DNA of 64,000 bases. Source: Dicyema japonicum. Lineage: Eukaryota > Animalia > Dicyemida. This document shows, piece after piece, positions 24,840 through 38,140 of this stretch. Each line of letters opens with the position of its first letter. Position 1 is the stretch's first letter. The DNA lies in the NCBI GenBank assembly GCA_011109175.1, contig RDEW01000072.1:122355-186354 (forward strand). Direction: 5' to 3'. The notes under the pieces were generated by a model. It saw only the letters and a program-made list of their open reading frames with translations. It was not told the DNA's origin and made no database searches. The translations under genes and the position numbers were made by a program.

Positions 24840-25090
24840 GTTTCCTCTGACTATAGCTATCAAGGTACCCTCTCGAAGCCATCCAGTCGCACGTGGATCG
24901 TAGGACCTTTGGATCGTTGAGTCGATCTGAATATCTACAATCATACAGATAGTTTGAGATGATGCCATGCCAATTGAGAGGATTCTCGATCCCCCCAGAC
25001 TCGTCCTCTCCCTTATCGGTCTGGGATTTCTTAGTTAGTTGAGAACTTTTATTTACTTCTCTTTGACACAGTGATCCTTGGGTAATAATA
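24840..25090 (+). mobile_element. I/Ingi-like LINE 3' end
   Basis: Colinear with the reverse complements of 57984-58100 and 63490-63620 (GGATTCTCGA..GACTCGTC..TCGGTCT..CTTAGTTAG.TGAGAACTTT..CAGTGATCC..GGGTAATAATAA). Confidence 0.75.
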
Positions 25091-26799
25091 ATTAGATAGT
25101 CGAGTTGTGGGCTAAGGATTCCTGACGTCTCGACACAAATGGGACAAACTAGTGATCCTCCATAATTCTTCGGTACTTCCTTCTCCTCTGATCTTCGGCT
25201 TGCTTAGAAGCATGATCTGGGTCCGAGACTAAAGAAACTCAATAACACATGTATCGTCCAAATATTTAATTAAAATTTTATTTTGAATAATACTAAATTT
25301 AATTATTTTCAAAATTCAATCTTTTGAATAATCTCAGGTTATTCAAATTAGTCGATGTATAGACGAGCTTTTATCTAAAAGAACACTAAATATAGGATGT
25401 CCTGGGTAATCATTTAGTGAAAACCAAAAACCTTGCCGTAAAATAAATTATATTTTAAAGTTATTTATTTTGAGTAGTGATTTTGCTGATAATTTTAAAA
25501 TTTAATGCTGGTAGGGCCGATCACGTGTTTACTTATGTGAATGTCTTTATCAAGACTTACTATTATAATCTAAGTGGATTAAACATCAAAGGAAATTCGA
25601 TTTATCTTAAGATTTCTCCAAATATATTTGGTTTTATAAAATCACCATTTCTCCCGCAACAAAATACTACATATTGGAACATCCCCAACTTGCTACTTGG
25701 TCTAAGATTTTTTTTATGCTCTGCCCTTTTTTTTTCTAATTAGGGGATGTCATATCCTTCTACTTAAAAAGATAGCCGGTCTCAGATTGATATCAAAGGG
25801 GATCATTTGCTCTCACTGAATCTAGAGTGAGTTCTCACAAACGAACTGGAAACAATTAATTTTTCGTTAATTCTTAATTTCTCGGAGTATCCTGAGTTAA
25901 TAAAACTAAACATTGACATTTTGCACAACACTCATTATTTGGCAATTTAACTTACCTCAAAATGGATTTGGTTCAATGCTTATATGAGCATTTGAATCCA
26001 TAAAAATTGAGTTATATTTCGTTCACCAGACCTGTTTCAGCGTTTCCCGTCGAATCTACGGACTACTTAGAAATTTTAAATTTAGTAATCAGCAAATACA
26101 GATTTGATAAAAATGCCGGTTTTAGTTAGCACAAGTAAATTAAAGAAAATGTATTTATTTTAATAAATTCATATAACATATATTTTAGCCAGTTAATATC
26201 AGCATCGTTAGACCAGCCATACATTTCTTTCAATTAACTGTCGATCAGTACGACGCCCCTTCCCCACTGAGATCTCAAGATCTCAATTGACATGCTCTCA
26301 GCTTCTGGACTAATGGTATTTTCTACAGTTAATATTTCATTTCATTCATTTTTGGAAGGTTTTTACAAATTCTTCATTTAAATTCGTGTGCCCCAACAGA
26401 GCCTCATCCAAACAGGTCAAAATCACAACTCGTCGCAAGGGAGAGAAATAGTCTCCCGGTAGAATATAAAGAAGAATCCGTTTGAATGCCTGCCAAACAT
26501 TGTGCGTCTCTTGATTAGTGTGAATCTGATGAACTAGCGATTACTAGTAATACCAAAGACCGCGGTAACATGATTATTATTATTATTACCACGGTGACAT
26601 CAAACTAATTAATCACTCTAGCAAAGACATCAACTAATAATTATTTGAAAATTTTATAAATTAAATTTTTAATCAGAGAATTTAATTAAAATAATTACAA
26701 TTACTGTTTATTGATATTTACACAATTTAGCGAAAAAGTGATACAATATGCTAAACAGATTATGTGTAAAGACATAATGAGGTTATGAGGTCTATCCAC

Positions 26800-28020
26800 A
26801 TTCTCTTACATAACAGGTATGGTCTCTCCAACTGCATGCAGCAATCAAACCTCAGTTGCACTGTTAAACCGAAAAAACTAAACTATGTGATCTCGACAAA
26901 TTGGATCAGAGGTCTCAACTTTTCTCAGGGTTGATCCCTTGAGCTTACACAAGTTCGTTGCGGACGAGCACTTTCTTTTTGGCATTGGTGTCCATCTTTG
27001 TTTTTTCCGATTAATTTCTCCATGAGCGTCGGTGCTTTAATGTTTTTCCCTGTGTACCATCTCTCCGTTAGCTTGAAGGCCCTTTTCTGGGTTGCGGAGA
27101 TTTTCTGGATGTTTGTATAAGAGAGCAAGTGGTCCCCATGAAGTACACGCATATGAAATGCATGGTTTGATATACTGTGAGTAGAGCGTTTTAAGTATAG
27201 GGTGATGTCCAATTTTCCATAGACCTGTTAGGCATTTCAAAGGTTGATTTTCTTCTCACATTTGTTCAGCATGTTAGTGACATGTCTCGAAAAGTTCATG
27301 TGCGTATCGAAAGTCAGACTCAATATTTTTTGCCATTTGCTGAACGGCGATTCTCTTCCCTCCGCAGTAACTTTATTGTCCTGTTTGACAATCTTTTGTC
27401 CGAGGTATAGAGAGTTGTAACAGATTTTTCGGTATTGATTGACATTCGAATTTCATTAAACCATTCAAGTAGTCGATCCATGTGATGTTGTATTCTTTCC
27501 GTTGCTGTTTGGGTGTTCTGATCCCGTGAGGCTAAGACGACATCGTTTGCATAACCCAGAAACAGACCATCTTTTCCATTCGGCGTCGGAATGTCAGCCG
27601 TAAATAGGTTGAATAGTAATGGTAAAAGCGGCGAGCTTCGGGTACTCCATTTGGGAATAAACGGGAGACAGAATGAATGTTTCCAATGCACACTCTACAT
27701 CTTCGTCCGCTAAGGAAGTTCATCAGCCAGCGTTTGAGGTTTTCAAGGATATCTGATTGGTAGATTTTCCATGTTAGGTTCTTCGTCGGCACAGAGTCGA
27801 AAGCTTTGTGGACACAGTTTTCTGGTGTCTTGGCTTGCACAGAAATCCAGACCGAATAAAGTTACTCAGGGATGTGAGGAAGCTCGTTGTGGACCGATCC
27901 TTTTTGAAACTATGCTGGAACGGTTTATCGAGAGTCCTTTCAGTGATTTTTGCGAGGATAAGCTTTTCCAGAATTTTTGACATGGAGCATAAGAAAGAAA
28001 TAGGCCTGAAGGCCTGAAGG
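26800..28020 (-). mobile_element. I/Ingi-like LINE RT domain, decayed
   Basis: SKILEKLIL..FQHSFKKDRST, KAFDSVP, WLMNFLSGR, PLLFNLFTADIP, GYANDVVL, YSQYIKPCISYACTSW. Confidence 0.8.
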
Positions 28021-28784
28021 AAGCTTCAAATTTGACTTTTATTTCTAACAAGGACTTATCTATACGATGTCCAATTCAAAAATGCAAAACTTTAAAATTT
28101 TTGGGAATTTTGAGGTTGTTAAATAAAAAAGTTTATTCGCTTAAGAGTGGCGGGTTTCAAAATAGAAAACTCACTTCCATCATGATTTGCAAAAGAATCT
28201 CCTCTGCAAGAAAAGCCGACTCCTCTTTCTTATCCCCCTCCAATACGATCCAGCAGGGTTATTGAGTTGCTTACAGTGCTTTCTAAGAGTTATAAAACGA
28301 CTGATTCAAAAATGAACTGTCCACTGATACTATTTTATTTTTTTAAAGGTTTTCACTTTTACCGAGATTGATCCTTGGTCAGTGCAAATTTGAAGAGAGA
28401 GAAACCATCCACACAGGCGGCGTCCCAAGAAGGTAGTTGTAAATTTGTCTGAAGGTTGAGGTGATAATGTATGAAATATTTACTCTGTTTATGGTTGATG
28501 AAAGTCCATGTCTTAGATAGACAATGAACGGACTCAGAAGACATCAAAAACCTGAGGTTCTGAACAAATTAAGTGTAAGAAGCGTTAAAGATTTGTTTTC
28601 GAATTTTATTAAACCCAAAATTGAAGAACTTGAAAGATAGGATTATTTATCAAATTTTTTATGTTGACTGATTGTAGTGGGATTTTAGTAAATAAAGTCA
28701 AAAATTCATGTTCATGTTTTTTTAAATTGTTTAAAACTTAGAAAAAGTATTTAATCAAAAATATTATATAAATAAAAAATGCTG

Positions 28785-29250
28785 CTCTGAATGATGTGAT
28801 CGTCAGAGCTCTGAAGGCTTCAGGCTTCCCAGCACAGCTTGAACCAGTGGGTCTTGATCGAGGAGATGGGAAGAGACCTGACGGGATGACCCTTTTCCCC
28901 TTCACGTCTGGAAGATCTTTGGTCTAAGACGCAACTTGCATAGACACGTTCTCGAGCACGAACATTTTTAAATCGGTTCAGACACCTGGAGCAGCTGCTT
29001 CGACTGCGGAGAACCTAAAAATCAAGAAATATTCTTGCCTCGGGGATCGCTACCGATTTACTCCTGTTGCGACCGAATCATCGGGAGCCGTTGGTCCAAT
29101 GACGGCTGAGTTCTTGCAAGAACTCGGAGGATTGCTTGCCAGAAAGAAAAGGGATCAACGAGAAAGGTTATGGCTAAGACAAAAGATTGGAATAGCCATA
29201 CTCCGAGGGAACTCGTTCGCAATCCACGCAGCAGGCTTCCTAACTGACAT
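28785..29250 (+). mobile_element. CRE-clade non-LTR retrotransposon REL endonuclease/C-terminus (best-preserved copy)
   Basis: [93 protein letters not shown]: PD..D..K-type REL motif typical of CRE-like elements. Confidence 0.85.
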
Positions 29251-30279
29251 TTGTTTAATTGTTAAATATAATAAAAATCAAATTTATTGAAAAAAATAAA
29301 TAAAAATAAAAAATTATAAATTAAAAAATTAAAAATTTGGATAAATTCAAAAAAGTCAAAATTTACTTTTTTTGCTATGTTGTGATCGTGGGCCGATTAA
29401 TGGAAGCAGACGATCTAGACGAAATCAGGAGACAATGACGACAACGAAAAGGGTGGAAATGGCTAACGGAAATGATCGAAAAACATGGCACAATCGAAAC
29501 CGTAAACTGTGTTTACTGGTAACCTGGACATGCTTTTACTAACTAACCTGTCAATAAAGTGAAATTTTTATTGATTTTTATTTTTTCTAGTTTTTGAATA
29601 AAAACACTAACGTGTCATCAACTTTTATGCCTCGTTCAATTGAGAGGGTCTTTGAAGAGGTTAAGATTGTTATTAGATAACATCCTGGTGATTTTCTAGC
29701 ACCTTTTTATTGAATCTTTCTTAAGAAAAATTTCAAACTAATAGGTTTATCATTTATTATATTTCACTGGTGTTTCTCTATAAATATCTGATATTCTCAT
29801 TCCATCTACCAACTCTAGGATCAATGAGGTCACTAATGTTTAGTCTAATCTGTTTTTCGTGCATAAGTTGAACATTAAAATTTGTTTGATTGTTTTGGCT
29901 ATCATCTTACTACCCTTCCAAAAAAGTAGAAAATTTATGCCAAAAGAAACTTAACATAAGCTATTTTTGAGTTTTACATGCATTTATCTTGTTAATTCTT
30001 TGATAAAAAAGAAAAATATTAAAATTGGCTATCTTTCCCAAAAAATAATTTTGACTTTAGGTTGTGAGCATTATAAATTTTTTTTGACTTTAGGTTGTTG
30101 AGTATTATAAAAACTTTTTTGAAGCAAAAATTAATAAGACTTTTAATAGAATTGTAATTGAAAGTTGCTTGCCAGAAATCTATCATAATGAACTAGGGAC
30201 CAATTTATATTCGATATTATTTCAATACCTGCTGATATTCATAGGAAATTATAATTTCTCAATATTAAAAATTAAACCA

Positions 30280-31180
30280 ACTTTTTTATATAAAAAAATT
30301 CACTTGCTTCTTACAGTAAACATTCCCTTTCCATATCTCCTGATCACGAAATATCCCAATGTATGCATGTGAAATCTTGCCTAACTCCTGCCGTAAAAAT
30401 TAGGTTTATTATTTTTCAATTTTGTTATAGTATCCAAAATCATTGGTCGTAAAACAAACTGTCCTCCAATGTATAGCTCCCCCACAAATTCACATTCAAA
30501 CGCATCTTTAAGTCCATCAAATGAAAGATCATTTCGTAATTAACAAGAACATAACCTACATCATGTCTGAACAAAGAACCACATTTCAAACCAAAGTTGA
30601 GAATTTTTAGATTCATTAGAGTTAATATTTCTTAAGTAAAAAAATGACGCTGTATCTTCTATGAAGGTTCCATTACCGTCTAACAAAATATTTTTATGTT
30701 TGTCAAGAGAAAGTGATTTATCAAATGGATAAGCGGGATCTATAAAAAAGATAATAGGAATCAGAGGGTCCTTTTGATCCACCATTATTGATAAATTCCA
30801 ATTTTCCCAAGGGGATAGCACGTGTTTCTGATAACTAAAAATAAATTAACTCAAACATACTAGAAACCGAATAATACTAGAAACCGAGTGTTTTTTTAAG
30901 AGAGACATAACCTCTGGTTTAGAAACATTAATGACACCTAATGCTTTCCTAAAAGTATTAATATAATTAAACCACACTCATGTCTAGTTATGACATTTCC
31001 TTATCGTCATTAGATTCTGAATGAGAATAGAAATAGCTGCAGGATTCCATGTCTGTCCCAAAACATATGGCACATTCCAGTTTTAGTAAAGTTGATTTGT
31101 CACAAAATAGTTTTGAATTTCTTTTATTGTCTCCAGAAAAGATAAAAAGAGAATTAAATATCTCTGATATGGACAATTTA
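30280..31180 (-). pseudogene. Possible decayed multi-exon gene of unknown family
   Basis: Several 50-90 codon open stretches separated by micro-intron-like GT..TTTTAG segments, with in-frame stops and frameshifts. No motif recognised. Confidence 0.25.
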
Positions 31181-31619
31181 TATATTATTTACAAGTTCTG
31201 ATAGGGAAAGACAGAGTCATCAACCACGTTATTTTAAAATATAACATTTATTTAAAAATTAATAATAATATTAATATATTTTTTATAATGGATTTTATTC
31301 TTGTGAAATGTGAAGAGAAAGTTTATCTGAATCTTCCCTGTTCAGGTTCAGTGTCTCCTAAGTCCAATAGTCATTCATCCATATGGGAAAAAGGGAAAGA
31401 AAGATCACATCACCTCAGGGACCCGACCAGGTAACCACCTTGGTTGCCAATAAAAATGGTGGATTTTACTTGATGCCATCTTTTCTAATTACTAAGGGTA
31501 TTTATTTATCCCAGGTTCATTCAAGTGAAAGAAACCTGTAGCTAACATAAAAGTAACTGCATAAACCTGTCGCTCCAGAGATCCTTGTGGTGTATCTTAT
31601 TTATTATTTATTTAAGAAC

Positions 31620-31900
31620 ACAGTAAAACCAAACCAAGTATTACGTGATCCCGATGCGTTCTACTAGAGATCTTTTCTTGGTCTGGTGTTCCTCCCTAAT
31701 GCTTGCGCATAGCCGTACTGGGTGGCTGACTGAATTTACGGGGCCTAATTCATGCATTCTGAAGTCCAGTCGCATAAGGGCCTCCAGAGGAGTCGGTCCT
31801 CACAAATTCACCGTTTCGCATCTTAAATTAAATTAATTTTTCATTAACCCGGAAGTTAACAGTAATCGGCTAGTTAAGTGTATCCAATTTTCTGAAAACA
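31620..31900 (-). mobile_element. Jockey-like LINE 3' end
   Basis: Homologous to 35860-36100; the minus frame ends in ..REEHQTKKRSLVERIGIT*. Confidence 0.65.
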
Positions 31901-32317
31901 GGTCCTTCAACGTCACACAAATCCATCCTGAACCAGCTTAAAGGTAAAATACGTTTATTGCTTGGAATCGTGGAAACTCCTTCATTGGAGTGAGGGAGAG
32001 CAAAAAATTAATTAAATTAATTTGACTGAATAATTATTAAGAGTAAAAAATTAGCACGAGAATTTTAGTAATAATAATAAATAAAAAAGCAAAAAAAATC
32101 TGTGGCTCACAATCTTTCCGTTCTCTGAGGGAAAATCGTTAGTATGGAACTGCGATCTGGCTGAGGTAACGAATTGAGATTGCAGTTGTCCGCGGAAACG
32201 CTTACTCTTTCTCGTTATTGTTTATAAATAATATTTTATTTTTAAATAAAATGTGTTATTATCAAAAAATTTAATTAAAATTATTTTGGAGTAATAAATA
32301 ATTAATTAGTAAGTGAA

Positions 32318-33810
32318 ATGCAGCAAAGTGAAGAATGTCATACTAAAGGACTGAATATTATCAAAAATATGTATTTGAACGATGTATTTTCAGTACCCTG
32401 GATTCAACAGTCATGTGCTGTAGATTCAACAACACGTGCAATATTTTGGCAGCTGGACTTTTCTCAGGGAATATTCAAGTGAACATTTAAAACTTACATC
32501 AAGGTTATCAACGTCAGTCTAAATTTTCAAATGTGGAAGCTTGTGGACGATTACATAGAAAAAGAAAAATGTCCATGCACGTGTATAAGATATCTTAGTG
32601 ATTCAATTTTAATCTCTTCATGTATTTATACATTTTTATCCAAGATTCGGTTGGATTGATACAATTTTGGAATTTCCGAGACAAGCTCTGTATCAGAACG
32701 ATTCATGAAAACAGACCTACATTCTCTATAGGAGTGAATCCCTCATCCGACAGGTTCGTGACAGTCGGAGCAGCAGTGACATTCACATGTACGAGGGAGA
32801 AACTGGAAGACACATTTTTAAATTTTATGAAGGGTACCGCACTACAACCATATCTCAGATTTGATAATGAAATTTTAACGGGTCACACCTTATCAGTGTT
32901 TTCAGCTGCCTTTCGTTCTGATTGTGAATTTGTTACTGGTGGGTGGGATAATGTCGTCCTGGTTTGGCCAATTCTGTGATTCATTTTTAGTTTTGGGACA
33001 TTCGACACAATTACTCCACAAGGTTAGATATTTCATTTTACCATATTTCTTGTTTTTACGTTAATCAAGCATTTTGCGGTGGATTCTATGGCAATATAAA
33101 TTTCATACATATTTTAACATAACTTCACGAAACTCATTTTTAAATTGTGTTTTCAAATATTAACGAATGAGGTCGAATAATCAGCGAATTCTGATTTTAC
33201 GCTTATTAAGCATTTTACTCCCATTTTGATCTTTTTATGCAATTTGGATATTGTGGGTATTTTATTAATTTAGATTTTTTTATGCTGGTGAAATTTAAAT
33301 TTATTTTTTGAGTCGTTGGCTGGTTATTTGTAGAGATATTTACGGTCCCCACATTTGTGGTGAGGGAATCGACATTCAACCAACTTCGAATCTACTCTTA
33401 ACCGCATCATGGAGAATTAATGAACCGATTCAGGTGACCACGTGCTTTTTTTGTATAAAAATCGTTCTTAATCAGTAGGTTTGGGACTATGGAAGTGGTA
33501 AACTTCTCAAAAATGTGTTGGAACCCAAGCACGAGAAATCTCTCGTAAGGGAATATTTAACAGTAGTATTATGGGGGGAAGTGGATATCAAATGACCAAA
33601 TACTGTGTCATGGAATGAATCAAAATATATTTAGAGTTTACTCCTACGAGAAAAAAATGGTATTTGCTTAATAAATTGAGGGAACTTGCATCTATTAGTA
33701 ATTTAGAGAGTGGAGTGAATTGCAGTGATGCCGGTTTTAATTTATCTCAAAATCTAATCGCTTTCGGAAGCAGAAATGTTATTTATTTTGCTAAATTTAA
33801 TTTTAATTAA
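32318..33810 (+). CDS. WD40-repeat protein, ten exons, two apparent 1-nt frameshifts
   Basis: Introns 23, 25, 23, 25, 29, 311, 45, 22 and 21 nt. Product: VMCCRFNNTCNILAAGLFSGNIQV..YSVGLIQFW..GHTLSVFSAAF..FVTGGWDNVVLFWDIR..RDIYGPHICGEGIDI..LLTASWR..IQVWDYGSGKLL..ELASISNLESGVNC..IAFGS. Indels are needed near 32770 and in the A7 run at 33651-33657. Confidence 0.8.
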
Positions 33811-33855
33811 TAAAATATTATTTTTAAATTTGAAAACTTTTTTGTCCCTGTGTGT

Positions 33856-34103
33856 ATGAACATGTACGATTTTTGTTTTGACGAGGATGACGACTTTGAT
33901 GATTTTCCAGTTCTAGGTAAAACCAATGTAAGATTCTTAGAGTGGGATGATACTCAAGACGATTTAGCAAATGTCTGGAATATCGACTGGCATGAGGATA
34001 TCATTGAAACCGACTTTTCTCAGGATTTAAAGTACATTAATTTGCTTATTTGAGACGGGAAACTGAAAAAGTCTTTGAAAATAACAGAAATTCCAAATCT
34101 TAG
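33856..34103 (+). CDS. SEM1: 26S proteasome/TREX-2 subunit SEM1 (DSS1)
   Basis: Introns 33917-33940 (24 nt) and 34032-34054 (23 nt) give MNMYDFCFDEDDDFDDFPVLEWDDTQDDLANVWNIDWHEDIIETDFSQDLKRETEKVFENNRNSKS*, matching the EDD.F..FP...W...W...DFS..L signature. Confidence 0.9.
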
Positions 34104-35844
34104 TGTTTTGGTGTAATCTTACTTTATGGTTGAATTTTTCCTCATTATTTTGATTTCTAAGTTAATTTTTCTTAGTATTTGAAATTGTTTGTAGGAAATG
34201 GTATGGAATGGTTTTTTGTGGGGTCAAAGTACGAGCACGAACCGAGTTGATGGCATTACCTAGGACTTGTCAAGATCACCAGTTATCTGGTTTTGGAATA
34301 TACGATATCATGTTGTCTAAAGTGTAGCAGCGTGGTTACTGATTTTTTCTGTTTTTGGCAAATTTGGATGTTTGCTATGTGAAGAATGTAATTGGAAAGA
34401 CTGACTGATTTTAGAATACTTTATGAAAACTAATTGTATGCTAATCTTAGATGATCATGTAATTAACTGAATATCTTTTGGCATAAAATGTGCTTTTTGT
34501 GTTCGTGAGTATCAAAAAAGGAAGAATAATAATAAACACGTGTCGACTAAAATTTATTCTTACTACATTAAAAAAATTTTGAACCTACGTCTTTAGCTAA
34601 TTTGATGGAAAATCGTGGAGTTGCTGATATAATATCACATTTGCAATTAGCAGCTACCATGTGCTAGACTTTACATAACGATTTTTATTAAAAAATAGAG
34701 ATATTAGTGGTATTACCAATCCTCTATACATCGGCCAAAACCCAACGATAACAATTTATTTACTATAGAGTTAGTAGTTTTCTGTAGGCGATTACATCTG
34801 GGTTCTACCTTAAGGCATGGACTCCACATTTGGACTTTTTTTCCTTTTTTGTTTTCTCAAAATGTTTCTCCCAGTTTTATGTAGGCGTCTTGGATCTTTA
34901 ATCTCTTCGTGAAAATGTTGATCCGATCCTCCATAATCCTGATAATTGGTACTTTTCTTCGTCCTCGCATAGACAGTCTCTCAGTTCTTGTTTAAAAAGA
35001 GCTTAATCGCGACTCTGGTTTTTTATAAGAGGATAAAATCTTCTCTTTTTTCTGAGAGAATTATCCCTAAAATCCATAAAGTTGGCTAAGGTGAATAACT
35101 CCCTTGCGTCGTTTAAGAGGTGAACTCAATGATTGAAGAGAAGCGAGTTTTCCTATGTCAACAATTCCCTCTAAAGATTCAATTCTCTTTGTAAAAACTT
35201 ATTTCAGAAGCTCTTCGATTGTACTATTTTTTTGAATATTGAGACAAAAATCCCCTACATTTTCATTACTTTAAATGGTGGCAGAAATGCGTTTCGTCAA
35301 AATATAAGTTGAGGACAGTTTCCACCGATGGTTTAGATCAGTGGTTCTCAAGAATTTTAACCCAGGGTGTCCGGACATTTAGCCGACAGTAAATTCTGCT
35401 CTCCTTCAAGTGAATTCGTAGTTCTTGGGAGGCCTTCTGCCTGTCTGTCGTAAAATTTAGAAACGCAGAAAAGAGTCCAAGCGTTTGCAGGACTTGCGGC
35501 ATGAAGCCAAATAACTCCCTTAATTATTCCTTGCTAGTAAAGTTGTTAAAGTTAAATAAGTTCGACTTGTGAGTGTCTTAAACTATTCGTTTGATTTCAA
35601 GCAAAAAATCGATATTGCAGGTATCGCATAGTTGCAAGTAGTGCTCGCGACAATATATGGAAAGGTCTGTAGTGGGGGTGATAAAGTTAAAATTCTGTTT
35701 TTTCATTATTTTTAAACTTTTTACCTTTATAGTTTAAAAAATTATAAAGTTGTTAACGAATTTCCAAGAGAATTTCAATTACATAATAACCATGAGTTAT
35801 TTTTAAATTATGCTTATTTATTTATTTTTTATTTATTTAATTAT

Positions 35845-36330
35845 TTAACACCCTTGACCACGGTAAAACCAAAACTAACTATCACGTGATACCGATGCGT
35901 TCCGCCAAAATCCTCATTCTTTTCCGGTGCTCCTCCTTCGTACTCACACAAGCTCGTACAGGGCGGCTGACTGTATTTGCAAGGCCACCTTCCCGCATGC
36001 TGGAGTTTTGTTTAATGAGGGCCTCCAGAGTAGTCGGTCCGGTTCTATGTCTCCCACAAGACCACCGCTCCGTCATGCTTAACGACAGTAAGTGCTCAAA
36101 AAGCACTTTGTTAACCTTCACAGGTCGTCCAAGAAACATAGAATTTCCGTTGGTAAAGATGTTTCGGTGATATCGATACATCGTTCGACAACATTTAGCC
36201 AACAAAAATTAAATGGATCTGATGTTGGAAACTGGGATTTAAAGGTGACTAAAGCTCACCTGAAGTGTGACATTCCGCTCAACAAAATATCAATTCCTCT
36301 GTTCATTTTGTTATGTTATGTTGTCCAATT
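35845..36330 (-). mobile_element. Jockey-like LINE 3' end
   Basis: RNVTL..IP..I, PTTLEALIKQ, EEHRKRMRILAERIGIT*, followed by the tail region. Confidence 0.7.
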
Positions 36331-36339
36331 AAGTCGCAT

Positions 36340-37800
36340 CCGACCTTTGGAGGGCTAACTACACTAGTTCCGCTCAAAGTGCCAAAGGAAGGATTGTCAG
36401 ACGCGGAGAATCCCACTTGTTGGTGGGATTCAGAAACGAGGTGGACATAACATGTCTCGGGTCATCCCCAAGCATACAGACTCGATTGTACTATTCTTCG
36501 GGTCCCTTTGGACTTCGTCGATGAGGATGTACTCGAGTACATCAGGAAGGAATACCCCACGGCGCACAAGATCGAGCGCTTAAAGAGTGGGGGTGTTAGG
36601 CTACGAACATTGAAGGTTTGGCTGAGTTCTGGAGCAGAGGCAGAAAGGATCTGCTTAGAGAAGGTTCGAATTGGTTACTTTAGGTTCGGTGTGGCCCGAG
36701 AGCGACCGGTAGCAACCCAGTGCAACAGATGCCAAGGATTCGCCCACAGCAGCCCCCGATGCACTCACAAAGAGAAGTGCCTAAATTGCGGGGGCCCACA
36801 TTCGCAGAAGGTCTGTCAAACAAGCGGCAATTATCTCAAGTGTGTGAACTGTGGATTGGAAGGACACAGGGCGAGCCATAGCAAGTGCCTCTGTATCAAA
36901 TGGCAACGGATGAGGTACCACAGGGGAGAAGGCAGGCGCCCTCCTCTGGAGTGGCCAGCGATGTAAGCGCTGTCCACCGCGTGGTAAGTTGATACTGCAG
37001 CAGCTCAGGTTCAACGTTCCCTAACGCGCTTAGGAAAATGCTCCGAAGTGATGTGTGCATCATTTCGGTTAACGTCCCTCCGGAGAAGAAGGAAGGTCAT
37101 CAAGGATCTTCTGGACTCCCTGGAGGTCGACATTTTGGTCCTTAACGAGACAAAGTGTAAGGATACGGCTGCTGCAGACTTTAGAGGCTACACTAGTTGT
37201 CATCTCTTGTAGAATGACACATATCGAGGTTCGGGCACTAGTATCTATTGGAGGACGAGTCTAGCAGTAGTTGTATAAGGTATATCCCAGTGCCCTCATT
37301 GCGAGCTAATATTTTTACGTGTTAGGCTTCCTAGTTTCACTATAGTTATAGGGGCAATGTATGCCAAGCAGTTGTGGTTGTGTAAGGACCACATTAAAAC
37401 TGCCTTCGACATATATCCCCATTGTGTTATTTTTAACGATCTGAATGCTAAGCATTCGGATTTTGGCTGCGTTACTAATAATAGAGCGTGATCAGCACTG
37501 CGGAACCTAGCGAGGGATCTTGGGCTTTCGGTTACTACATCAACGGACACCAACTACAAGGATACAAGAGGAAGAGAGGACTACCTGGGTATGGCCGTAG
37601 CCTCTCTATCGTTAATTGGTATGCTCTCTGTACCTCGTGTTTTTAGGGACATCGGAAGCGATCACCGTCCCCTACTCACCGAGCTTCACGAACCTGTTCG
37701 ATCTCAGGCCCCAATTGGCTATGACTTGGGCTCTGGTTGAACGAAATAATTTTATGCTTCTTATTTCTGATGCTGCAAGGTGTGACAGCCGGTATTGCTT
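36340..37800 (+). mobile_element. Jockey/I-group LINE 5' half: gag-like ORF1 with three CCHC knuckles and decayed APE
   Basis: QCNRCQGFAHSSPRC, CLNCGGPH..C and CVNCGLEGHRASHSKC, then LNETK, IFNDLNAKHSDFG and SDH in broken frames. Confidence 0.85.
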
Positions 37801-37849
37801 TAATTCATTTATGATTTAGCTGGGAAAATTTTAAAAAATTTATATTCTA

Positions 37850-38140
37850 ATCTATTTCATGTCAATTGCGTCGCCCATATTTTGAATAATTGTTCAATGG
37901 AGGTCAGAAAATCTTATCCAGAAATAGATGATGTGATAGCCAGCGTACAAACTTCTATTAGGAAGAACCAAAAGCGAAAATTGTTGTTTTCCAAAATTAG
38001 AATTCTTCCCAAAATTATTCGTTCCTTCTAAATTGTCAGCCATCCTCGGCATCTGTCGAAAGATGTTCAAGAGTTTTTTGAGGAAAAATAGAAACTTTTG
38101 TACACGAAATCTGAAAAATTACGTAATGTCCATTTTCAAT
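37850..38140 (+). mobile_element. Internally deleted hAT transposase remnant (different subfamily)
   Basis: HVNCVAHILNNCSMEVRKSYPEIDDVIASV (CxxH motif) directly followed by PSSASVERC (dimerisation-domain motif). Confidence 0.65.

Noticed and set aside
25750-26150. GTAAGT donor suggesting a minus-strand gene
   Set aside because: No open exon frame flanks the donor in any phase.
26526-26552. Possible hammerhead ribozyme (CTGATGA followed by ACTAG/CTAGT stem)
   Set aside because: The stem is followed by AATA, not GAAA, and I found no stem I/III closure.
35339-35352. CAGTGGTTCTCAA resembling a hAT TIR
   Set aside because: No partner TIR or TSD. It reads as the LINE RT peptide DQWFSRI in a retroelement remnant.
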